NCBI GenBank assembly: GCA_017555825.1
Contig: JAFZFQ010000037.1
Span: 862 to 64,861 of the forward strand
DNA from: Bacteroidaceae bacterium
GTDB lineage: Bacteria > Bacteroidota > Bacteroidia > Bacteroidales > Barnesiellaceae_A
Reading direction: 5' to 3'
Length of the DNA: 64,000 nucleotides
Both the position numbers and the translations under genes were made by a program. This document shows, piece after piece, positions 49,791-58,328 of this stretch (positions within the stretch are counted from its first letter, which is position 1; every line of letters begins with the position of its first letter). Under the pieces are notes generated by a model. The model saw only the letters and a list, made by a program, of their open reading frames with translations, was not told where the DNA came from and ran no database searches.

Positions 49791-51083
49791 ATGAAAAAAG
49801 TTTTTATATCTATCTTACTGTCTATGGTGGTGTGTATAGCAGGTATGGCGCAGATGACGGCGACCGATAGTACCCATCATCATTCGGCTGTTGTCTTGAC
49901 TACCGAGCACAACACCCAACAACAAAGTTCTTATGATGTAATAAAGGCTATGTATGAGGCCAATGGTCGACACTTTCAAGACCCTCGTGCGCCACGATTT
50001 TTGTTTCTCGATCGCAAGGGGCGTGTGGCATTGGGTATAGGTGGCTACGTAAAAGGTACGATGTCGGTGGGCTTTGGAGGTATTGCCAATAATGTCGATT
50101 TCGTTACGGCAGCTATTGCTACTCCGTCTCAGCCCGATATGCGCAACCAATTTCGTATGGATGCTTCTACTTCGCGCCTATTCTTCAAGTTGGTAGGGCG
50201 CAATAGTGTTGTAGGCGACTTTACTGTCTATATCGAAAGCGACTTTCGCGGTACCGGAGCGGGTTACTATGGCATGCGATTGCGTCAGGCTTACATACAA
50301 CTATGGCGTTTCCGCGCAGGACGTTCGTGGAGTACCTTTTGCGATGTAGCGGCAGCTCCGCCTACAATCGACTTTCAAGGCCCGTCGGGTACGGTACTTA
50401 CCATGAATACAATGTTGCAATATACACAGCCCTTGGGCGAGAATTGGGAGATGGTAATGGCTGTAGAGACACCATCGGCTACCTATACAACACAGCCCCA
50501 CTACAACGATGCCATTACGCAACGTGTGCCCGACTTCCCATCCTATATACAATTTAAATGGGACGGTGGACAGAGTCATATACGACTCTCAAACCTGTTG
50601 CGTATGCTCTCTTATCGCAACCTTGTGGCCGACGAGAATAAATTTACCTTCTGCTGGGCTACACAACTCAGTGGCGTAATACAAGCCTCGCGTCACTTCA
50701 CATTCTACATGCAAGGTGTCTATGGTAGAGGTTACGGCGACTATCTCAATGACCTTGGCGGCTATGGATATGACCTCATACCCGGCGAGCGCAATGGTTC
50801 GATGGTTGCTCCCTATGCACTCGGTTTGGTAGGTGGTGTGCAGTATACTATCTTTCCCGGCCTATTTCTATCGGCGGCATATAGCCAATGCCGGTTGTAC
50901 GACGAGCCTTCGCTATCGGCTTCGGCCTATCGATACGGACAATATGTGGTAGCCAATGCCTTCTATACACCTTTCCCCAACTGTCAGATAGGTATAGAGT
51001 ATCTCTATGGTACACGACACAACTATAATGATGTATCGGGCAGTGCCCATCGTATCAATACCATGATACAATACAATTTCTAA
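49791..51083 (+). CDS. DcaP-like outer-membrane porin
   Basis: Signal peptide, IGGYVK, SRLFF, YIESDF, RLRQAY, P.TIDFQGP, C-terminal QYNF. Confidence 0.8.
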   Translation: MKKVFISILLSMVVCIAGMAQMTATDSTHHHSAVVLTTEHNTQQQSSYDVIKAMYEANGRHFQDPRAPRFLFLDRKGRVALGIGGYVKGTMSVGFGGIANNVDFVTAAIATPSQPDMRNQFRMDASTSRLFFKLVGRNSVVGDFTVYIESDFRGTGAGYYGMRLRQAYIQLWRFRAGRSWSTFCDVAAAPPTIDFQGPSGTVLTMNTMLQYTQPLGENWEMVMAVETPSATYTTQPHYNDAITQRVPDFPSYIQFKWDGGQSHIRLSNLLRMLSYRNLVADENKFTFCWATQLSGVIQASRHFTFYMQGVYGRGYGDYLNDLGGYGYDLIPGERNGSMVAPYALGLVGGVQYTIFPGLFLSAAYSQCRLYDEPSLSASAYRYGQYVVANAFYTPFPNCQIGIEYLYGTRHNYNDVSGSAHRINTMIQYNF

Positions 51084-51104
51084 TACTTCAATATATAAAA
51101 CGAG

Positions 51105-51130
51105 CGAAGCCCCCTTGATAGGGGGCTTCG
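51105..51130. terminator. Terminator between the porin and the Omp28-like gene
   Basis: CGAAGCCCCCT/AGGGGGCTTCG. Confidence 0.75.
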
Positions 51131-51165
51131 TAGTGTTTCTATTATAAATAGTGAGATTTTTCTTC

Positions 51166-53097
51166 TTATCGCACGACAACCTTGGTTACTTCAACAGCAC
51201 CGTTGGCTACCACTTGTACAAGTGCTACGCCTTGGTATTGGGCAGTGCCGAGTGTTACTGTACCATAGCCGGTGGTTGTTGCAAGTGTGCGACCGTCGAG
51301 AGCTATCAACGAAGCTGTCATCTCGGTGTTGTCCATAGCAACAACTTTCACGCTACCATTTTCTACGATGCATTTAGTGGTATTGTTATTGGCAACGCCC
51401 TTGATGGCTGTGTGGTCTTTTACACGTACCATGTCGGCGTTTACTACACGCTTGGTCTTGCCATCTACTACCATAGCAACGATGTTGAGGTTGAAGGGGT
51501 TTTGTACAAACTCTATAGAACCTGTACCCATAGCCTTGGTATAAGGCACCTCGATGGTGTAGCTGTAGGTTGCATACTCACCGGCTGTTATTGTTGAGGG
51601 CAAGCTACCTTCTTCGCCGTAGAATGAGGGGTAGATACCACGAGCAAGGTCGTTGAGTACAACTTCTACACTTTGGGGTTTTCTTTGCCATCCGCCAACC
51701 CAATCTTTCGAGCCCGAGTAGGCGTTCTTTTGGTAGAAGCCTGTAACGCTATCCTCGGTGAGTACATATACTACTCGCCAGTCAAGATTTGATTTATCTT
51801 CGGCTGTGCGCACTTTGGCTTCGGCAACAATGTGTGTTTGAGCCTCGTTCAAGCGAGCAGTAACGCTTACACCGGCTTCGGGTATCTCATTTTGTTGTCT
51901 ATCAACAAGTGAAAGCCAAGAAGCAGGGTCGTCAAAATTGTAGCCCGAACCATTGCCGGTGGGGTTTGCTACATAGCGACGGTCTATCCAACCAATGGGG
52001 TAGGCGGTGAGACCGTTAGAGAAGAGGTTGCCTGTGTAGTCGTCTACAAGGAGGTTTACGCTACCCAATTGAGCACATTGTACGGCAATGGGGGCAACCT
52101 TCTCGGGTGAAACTTCCTTGAGCGAGTCAATAGCCCATGCACCAATCGGACAGTATGCACATTGTACACCTGTGTGCTCCTCGATAACTACACGACGACG
52201 GAAGGTGTTGGTTACCGACGATGCGTAGTCGTACTTGTCGCTACCTACTGTTGCGTGGAGCGTATATTGTATAGTCTCGTTGAAGTTGATAGGCATTCTG
52301 TGGCTCATAGTGAATGCTTTGCTATTGCCACGTGTAATGTTGAGGTTGCCGAATGTTTCGGTTACGCTCTTGTCGCCATACTCCAATGTTACGCTCACCT
52401 CGTCGAGCTTGTCGTATTGATAGTTGACTATATTGCCCGAGAATTTTACTTCTTCTACCTCGTTTACTACACTACCCAGGTTGAGCTCGATTGCAAACTT
52501 GTCATTGCTATATACCTTGATGTTGTCTACTGCAATGATGCTCTTGTCGTAGCTTTGGTTTACAAAAGCTATATAAATGGTCTTGCCGGCATATTGAGCC
52601 AACGACAACTCGTGCGAGATAAACTCGTTTTCAAAGTAATCTTCGGTCTTGCCTATTTCCTCTTCGGCAACTTCCCATACGGGTGTTGTGCCAAAGTCGC
52701 TGGGCTTGTTACCCTTGGTCGAAATGAATATTTTGAGACCGTCGCGCTTGTTGGCCAAGAATGCTTGAGACTCCCATGAAAGCATCATGTTTTCGTTAAG
52801 AACAGTCACTGCAGGCAGCACCATCCAGTCGTTGGCTTGTCCGGCGGGGGTGTATTGCGATGTGCTACCCAAGAACATATCGGTGCTGGTGTTGCTGTCG
52901 CGAATGAGAATCCAGGGATTGTCCACAGCAAAACCAATACTTTGCATAAATGATGTGGGGGTAAGTTGGTCTACGTCGTAGAAGGTGAGGCCGGTCTTAT
53001 CTCCGTCGTTAAAGTTATACTCAAGCACTACAGGCTGAGCCATTGCACCACTGATAGCAAGAACTGCTGTCAGCAAAAAAGCAGTAATTTTTTTCAT
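51166..53097 (-). CDS. Secreted protein: cleaved-adhesin-like domain, Omp28-like thioredoxin-fold domain and probable T9SS CTD
   Basis: Signal peptide MKKITAF...; ANDWMVLP and LAQYAGKTIYIAF; VVIEEHTGVQCAYCP; C-terminal LDGR...KVVVR; TATCTTTG at 53131-53138. Confidence 0.82.
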   Translation of the reverse strand: MKKITAFLLTAVLAISGAMAQPVVLEYNFNDGDKTGLTFYDVDQLTPTSFMQSIGFAVDNPWILIRDSNTSTDMFLGSTSQYTPAGQANDWMVLPAVTVLNENMMLSWESQAFLANKRDGLKIFISTKGNKPSDFGTTPVWEVAEEEIGKTEDYFENEFISHELSLAQYAGKTIYIAFVNQSYDKSIIAVDNIKVYSNDKFAIELNLGSVVNEVEEVKFSGNIVNYQYDKLDEVSVTLEYGDKSVTETFGNLNITRGNSKAFTMSHRMPINFNETIQYTLHATVGSDKYDYASSVTNTFRRRVVIEEHTGVQCAYCPIGAWAIDSLKEVSPEKVAPIAVQCAQLGSVNLLVDDYTGNLFSNGLTAYPIGWIDRRYVANPTGNGSGYNFDDPASWLSLVDRQQNEIPEAGVSVTARLNEAQTHIVAEAKVRTAEDKSNLDWRVVYVLTEDSVTGFYQKNAYSGSKDWVGGWQRKPQSVEVVLNDLARGIYPSFYGEEGSLPSTITAGEYATYSYTIEVPYTKAMGTGSIEFVQNPFNLNIVAMVVDGKTKRVVNADMVRVKDHTAIKGVANNNTTKCIVENGSVKVVAMDNTEMTASLIALDGRTLATTTGYGTVTLGTAQYQGVALVQVVANGAVEVTKVVVR

Positions 53098-53194
53098 ATT
53101 TATATGTTTAGATGTTTCTCTCCGATGGCGCAAAGATAATACAAAATGTATACTTCAACAAGATGTCGCCCTCTATATTATGGCTTTAGCCTAT

Positions 53195-53244
53195 AAAACT
53201 CAAGGGACTGAACCGGATTTTATCTCGGCACAGTCCCTTGTTTT
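53195..53244. terminator. Hairpin/terminator after the Na/Pi cotransporter
   Basis: CAAGGGACTG...CAGTCCCTTG flanked by A and T tracts. Confidence 0.65.
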
Positions 53245-53279
53245 GGGGGCATATTCCACCTTGGTGGAGTGTGGCAATA

Positions 53280-55043
53280 TTATACTTTCAGTTTGTGGCG
53301 TGATTGTTGTTTTACAGCGTCCACAACATTTACGATATAGTCGCCCAAGCTCTCTGCCTCGGCCACAATATCCATGTAGTATATACCTTCTTGATAATCG
53401 TAGTGCTTGGCATTGATGTTGTCCATATTGGCAGCACGCAATTGGTTGCGGAAGTTGTTGATTTCGTTCTCCTTGTTGTAGGTAGCAATGATGTCGGCGT
53501 TTTCGCTCTTCGACAACACGTTTACAAGGCCATCGAGTGCATCGGCATCAAGAGACAAGAGTGCATCGATGTTGGCTATAATCTCATCGTTGAACTTCAC
53601 ACCGGCCTCTTGCTTGCGCACGAGTGTGCGAGCAAGGTTGTAGCAGCAGTCACCTATGCTCTCTATCTCGGTAACCATGGTGAGCATAGAGTTTACTTGC
53701 AACTTACCGTCGTAGCTCAAGCGTCCACTTACTACTTTGTTCAAGAACGATGCAATCTCTATCTCCATGCGGTCGCATATTTGCTCATATTTTTCAATGC
53801 GGCTATATAGTTTAGAGAATGCTTCGCTACCCTCTTTTTCGTGCATGAGGCTTTGTACCATACCAAACATGCGACGCACACGCTCGGCATATACAACAAT
53901 CTCTTGACGGGCTTGGGGCAAGTTCAACTCCGATGCGGCCATCATACCGGTATTGATATACTTGAGTTGGAACTCCTCGTCGGTAGCTTTCTTTTGCTTG
54001 ATAGCAGAAGTAACAATCTTCTCATAGAACTTGATAAACCAAATCATGATGAGTACGTTGCACACGTTGAATACCGAGTGGAACAATGCCAACGAGAACG
54101 ATACTGTAGTTGCTGCTTTGGCTGCCTCATCTTCGGGGAGCAATGCAACCGAAGAGTTGAGCAAGCGGTCTACTTCTTCTACAGGAATGTTGTTTATTTG
54201 ACCTACGAGGGCAATAATCAATCGAGTGAAGGGGTAGAAAAGTATGAGCATCCAGCACACACCAAAAATGTTGAACAGCATGTGTGCAAAGGCTGCACGC
54301 TTGGCCGATACGTTGGCCGAGAGAGCTGCCAAGTTGGCTGTGATGGTTGTACCAATATTCTCACCAAGAACCATCGCTGCAGCAATCTCAAATGAAACCC
54401 AACCTTGGGAACACATGATGAGTGTGATAGCCATCATGGCACTCGACGATTGCATGATGATAGTGAGGATTGTACCAATGAGCATAAACAACAGTACCGA
54501 GCCATAGCCCATATTGGTATAGTTGTTGAGGAATGCCAATGCATCGGGGTTCTCGCGCAAGTCGGGTACTGCTTCTTTCATGTAGTCCATACCCATGAAG
54601 AGCAATGAGAAACCGATGAGGAACTCACCCCAATAGCGACGTTGGTTGTTTTTTGAGAAGATAAGGGGGATAGAGATAGCCAAGATGGGGAATACCATGT
54701 CCGATATCTTGACTGTAAAACCGAATAGTGATATAATCCAAGCTGTTACGGTGGTACCTACGTTGGCACCCATGATTACGGCTATAGATTGTGTGAGTGA
54801 GAGGAGTCCGGCATTGACAAAACTTACAACCATGACGGTTGTTGCCGATGATGATTGAATGAGGGCTGTGATAAGAAGACCGGTAAATACGCCGGCAAAT
54901 CTGTTGTTGGTCATTGACGAAAGGATGCTTTGCATACGATCACCGGCAGCCTTTTGTATACCTTCGCTCATGACTTTCATTCCATAAAGGAACATACCCA
55001 GAGCTCCAATCAGCGTCAAAAAATCAAAAAAAGAGTAATTCAT
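53280..55043 (-). CDS. Na+/Pi cotransporter with PhoU-like C-terminus
   Basis: Two QSSS repeats, GANVGTT and GENIGTT, EIESIGD. Confidence 0.93.
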   Translation of the reverse strand: MNYSFFDFLTLIGALGMFLYGMKVMSEGIQKAAGDRMQSILSSMTNNRFAGVFTGLLITALIQSSSATTVMVVSFVNAGLLSLTQSIAVIMGANVGTTVTAWIISLFGFTVKISDMVFPILAISIPLIFSKNNQRRYWGEFLIGFSLLFMGMDYMKEAVPDLRENPDALAFLNNYTNMGYGSVLLFMLIGTILTIIMQSSSAMMAITLIMCSQGWVSFEIAAAMVLGENIGTTITANLAALSANVSAKRAAFAHMLFNIFGVCWMLILFYPFTRLIIALVGQINNIPVEEVDRLLNSSVALLPEDEAAKAATTVSFSLALFHSVFNVCNVLIMIWFIKFYEKIVTSAIKQKKATDEEFQLKYINTGMMAASELNLPQARQEIVVYAERVRRMFGMVQSLMHEKEGSEAFSKLYSRIEKYEQICDRMEIEIASFLNKVVSGRLSYDGKLQVNSMLTMVTEIESIGDCCYNLARTLVRKQEAGVKFNDEIIANIDALLSLDADALDGLVNVLSKSENADIIATYNKENEINNFRNQLRAANMDNINAKHYDYQEGIYYMDIVAEAESLGDYIVNVVDAVKQQSRHKLKV

Positions 55044-55220
55044 TACGTTTAATTTATAGTATTTTAATTGTATTTTTCGATCAGATACACTATCTTTATC
55101 ACCATAAACGGTTGCAAAAATTTATTTGCAAAAATAAACAAATAAAAATATTTGAGCCATAAAAGTGCTATATATTTTAACATCGTTTGCAATTTTAACA
55201 TTCTTATATTGGTGCGCACC

Positions 55221-56894
55221 ATGGAAAAACACATTACAATCTACTGTAGCAATACTTGCTCGAAAATAGATGTTGAGGGTGGAGAGTCTTTGTTGAGTAT
55301 TTACAATCGCTTAGACCTTAACATGCCTCATAGGGCTGTCGTAGCTCGTGTCAATAACAAGTCGGAGAGTCTCCACTTTCGTATATACAACACTTGTGAT
55401 GTCGAGTTTGTCGATATAAGCGATGCCTCGGGCATGCGTGCCTACGAGCGCTCGCTTTGTTTTGTACTTTATAAAGCTGTGCATGAGTTGTTTCCTGGCA
55501 CAACACTGCGCATTGAGCACTCTATCTCAAATGGCAAATATTGCCTTCTGGGTGACTCTAAGGCTCCTATAGAACCGGCTGTAGTAGATGCCATACGAAA
55601 CCGCATGCGCGAGATAGTAGCCAAGGATTTTCCCTTTGAGTTGAAAATGTCGCACACGGCCGATGTGATTGAGATTTTTGAGAAACAAGGGCTCACACAG
55701 AAGGTCGATTTGCTCAACACCGTGGGCGATTTATATACCGACTACTATGTGCTTGACGGCCTTGCCGACATGTACTATAGTTGGCTTGTGCCATCGACAG
55801 GATATTTGACCGTGTTCGATTTGCAACCCTATGCCAATGGTATGTTGCTCCTGCCACCCAATAAAAATGACCTCTCGCAACCGGCTACTCCTATTGATCA
55901 ATCGAAGATGCTCGATGCCTTTGATAAGTATAATACATTCAATCAGATTATAGGCCTCAATGGGGTGGGGCGCCTCAATTATGCCATAGATGAAGACAGG
56001 GCTTCGACCCTGATACAGGTAGCCGAGGCGTTGCACGAAAAGCAGATTGCCACCATAGCCGATGATATAGCCCGGCAGTTTGATGCGGGCGGTGCGCGCA
56101 TTGTGCTCATTTCGGGGCCCTCGTCGTCGGGCAAAACTACCTTCTCAAAGCGTCTGTCGGTGCAATTGATGACCAACCGCCTCATGCCGGCGGCTATCTC
56201 GCTCGACGACTACTTTGTCAATCGCGTAGATACTCCTCTCGATGAGGATGGCGAGTATGACTATGAGTCGTTGTATGCGCTCGACCTTGTGCGCTTCAAT
56301 AGCGATATGCGGCGCCTACTTGCCGGTGAGTTGGTAGCTCTCCCCATATACGATTTCAAGAGCGGCTCGCGCATAGACAATGCCAAGAGTATGCAGCTTA
56401 CCCCCAACACGGTGCTAATACTTGAGGGTATACATGCGCTCAATCCCGAACTAACGGCATCGATACCCGACGACCAGAAGTATGGTATCTATGCTTCGGC
56501 TCTCACATCGCTATCTATCGACGACCACAATTGTATACCCTCTACCGACAATCGCCTGTTGCGTCGCATAGTGCGTGACGCCAAGACTCGCGGTGTGTCG
56601 CCCAAGGATACCATTGCCCGCTGGCCGAGTGTGCGTCGTGGCGAGGACAAGTGGATATTTCCTTATCAAGAAAATGCTCATGCCATGTTCAACTCATCGT
56701 TGCTCTTTGAGTTGGCCGTGATACGCGATTACGCTGTGCCTGTATTGCGCTCGGTACCACGCAATTGCCCCGAGTATGCCGAGGCTACTCGTTTGCTCAA
56801 GTTCTTGCACTATTTCCGCTCTCTGCCTCATGACGAGATACCTCCCACATCTTTGTTGCGAGAGTTCCTGGGTGGAAGTAGCTTCAAGTATTGA
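55221..56894 (+). CDS. Nucleoside (uridine) kinase fused to a ThrRS/AlaRS N-terminal-like domain
   Basis: TGS-like N-terminus, YERSL, GPSSSGKTT, LDDYF, EGIHALN, RRIVRD. Confidence 0.9.
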   Translation: MEKHITIYCSNTCSKIDVEGGESLLSIYNRLDLNMPHRAVVARVNNKSESLHFRIYNTCDVEFVDISDASGMRAYERSLCFVLYKAVHELFPGTTLRIEHSISNGKYCLLGDSKAPIEPAVVDAIRNRMREIVAKDFPFELKMSHTADVIEIFEKQGLTQKVDLLNTVGDLYTDYYVLDGLADMYYSWLVPSTGYLTVFDLQPYANGMLLLPPNKNDLSQPATPIDQSKMLDAFDKYNTFNQIIGLNGVGRLNYAIDEDRASTLIQVAEALHEKQIATIADDIARQFDAGGARIVLISGPSSSGKTTFSKRLSVQLMTNRLMPAAISLDDYFVNRVDTPLDEDGEYDYESLYALDLVRFNSDMRRLLAGELVALPIYDFKSGSRIDNAKSMQLTPNTVLILEGIHALNPELTASIPDDQKYGIYASALTSLSIDDHNCIPSTDNRLLRRIVRDAKTRGVSPKDTIARWPSVRRGEDKWIFPYQENAHAMFNSSLLFELAVIRDYAVPVLRSVPRNCPEYAEATRLLKFLHYFRSLPHDEIPPTSLLREFLGGSSFKY

Positions 56895-56900
56895 TATAAT

Positions 56901-56943
56901 AGAGAAGAAAACTCACGCTTGTATGGTTTTCTTCTCTTGTTTT
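56901..56943 (+). terminator. Intrinsic terminator
   Basis: AGAGAAGAAAAC/GTTTTCTTCTCT followed by TGTTTT. Confidence 0.65.
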
Positions 56944-57067
56944 GTCACGATTCTTTAAGAATATAGGATGCGATTGGGAGAAAATAAACCGAACAAGTTC
57001 GTATATTTTTCTCTCACCTTTCACTATCTTTGCACATTATAAATTTAGAAAGATATAAATAAGAGAT

Positions 57068-58318
57068 ATGAAGAGAGAAGAATTTGAAATTATGGCTCCT
57101 GTGGGCTGTTATGAGTCATTACAGGCAGCTATACAAGCCGGAGCCGATTCGATATACTTTGGTATCGAAGGATTGAATATGCGCGCACGCTCGTCGGTAA
57201 ACTTTACCATCGACGATTTGCACAATATAGCCCAAATCTGCGACCAAAATGGTTTGAAAAGCTATCTTACCGTCAATACCATTATCTACGACAACGATAT
57301 GGAGTTGATGCGTAGCATTATCAATGCAGCACGCGATGCCGGTATCTCGGCCATCATTGCAAGTGATGTGGCTGCTATGACCTATGCCCGTAGCATTGGT
57401 GTAGAAGTACACTTGTCTACACAACTCAACATATCGAATGTCGAGGCTTTGCGCTTCTACTCTCAATTTGCCGATGTTGTGGTGTTGGCTCGCGAGCTCA
57501 ATATGGATCAAGTGGCGCACATCTACCGTGCCATTGAGGAAGAAAATATTGTGGGACCTGCCGGCAAACCTATACGCATAGAGATGTTCTGCCATGGTGC
57601 GTTGTGCATGGCCGTGTCGGGCAAGTGCTACTTGAGTTTGCATCAAATGAACAACTCGGCCAACCGTGGTGGTTGCATGCAGATATGCCGTCGCTCATAT
57701 CAAGTGACCGACCGTGAGACCGGTGAGGAACTTGCTATCGAAAATCAATATATCATGTCGCCCAAAGACCTCAAGACTATACACTTCCTCAACAAACTTG
57801 TAGACTCGGGTGTGAGAGTCTTTAAGATTGAGGGTCGTGCTCGTGGTCCTGAGTATGTGAGCACCGTTGTTTCGTGCTACAACGAGGCCATCGAGGCTTG
57901 TCTCGAAGGCACATTCACCGACGAGCGCATTGAGGAGTGGAATACTCGTCTCTCAACCGTGTTCAACCGTGGATTTTGGGATGGCTATTACCTGGGACAA
58001 CGCCTTGGCGAATGGTCTAAGAATTACGGCTCGTCGGCTACCAAGCGCAAGGAGTATATAGGCAAGGGTGTCAAATACTTCTCTAACTTGGGTGTTGCCG
58101 AGTTCTTGCTCGAAAGTAGCGAGTTGTCGGTGGGCGATGAAATCCTTATCACAGGCCCCACAACAGGTGCGTTGTTTGTCAAGGTCGATGAGATACGTGT
58201 TGCTCTCAAGAGTGTCGATAAGGCGGTCAAAGGTCAGCACTTCTCTATCAAGCTCGACCAAAAGATACGCCCATCGGACAAGTTGTATAAGTGGGTAGAT
58301 ACCGATCGTAAACAATAA
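57068..58318 (+). CDS. Peptidase U32 family protein (probable Fe-S RNA hydroxylation factor)
   Basis: EIMAPVG, HLSTQ, LAREL, HGALCMAVSGKC...C.Q.CR, KIEGR; TATCTTTG at 57025-57032. Confidence 0.9.
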   Translation: MKREEFEIMAPVGCYESLQAAIQAGADSIYFGIEGLNMRARSSVNFTIDDLHNIAQICDQNGLKSYLTVNTIIYDNDMELMRSIINAARDAGISAIIASDVAAMTYARSIGVEVHLSTQLNISNVEALRFYSQFADVVVLARELNMDQVAHIYRAIEEENIVGPAGKPIRIEMFCHGALCMAVSGKCYLSLHQMNNSANRGGCMQICRRSYQVTDRETGEELAIENQYIMSPKDLKTIHFLNKLVDSGVRVFKIEGRARGPEYVSTVVSCYNEAIEACLEGTFTDERIEEWNTRLSTVFNRGFWDGYYLGQRLGEWSKNYGSSATKRKEYIGKGVKYFSNLGVAEFLLESSELSVGDEILITGPTTGALFVKVDEIRVALKSVDKAVKGQHFSIKLDQKIRPSDKLYKWVDTDRKQ

Positions 58319-58328
58319 AATACACAAC

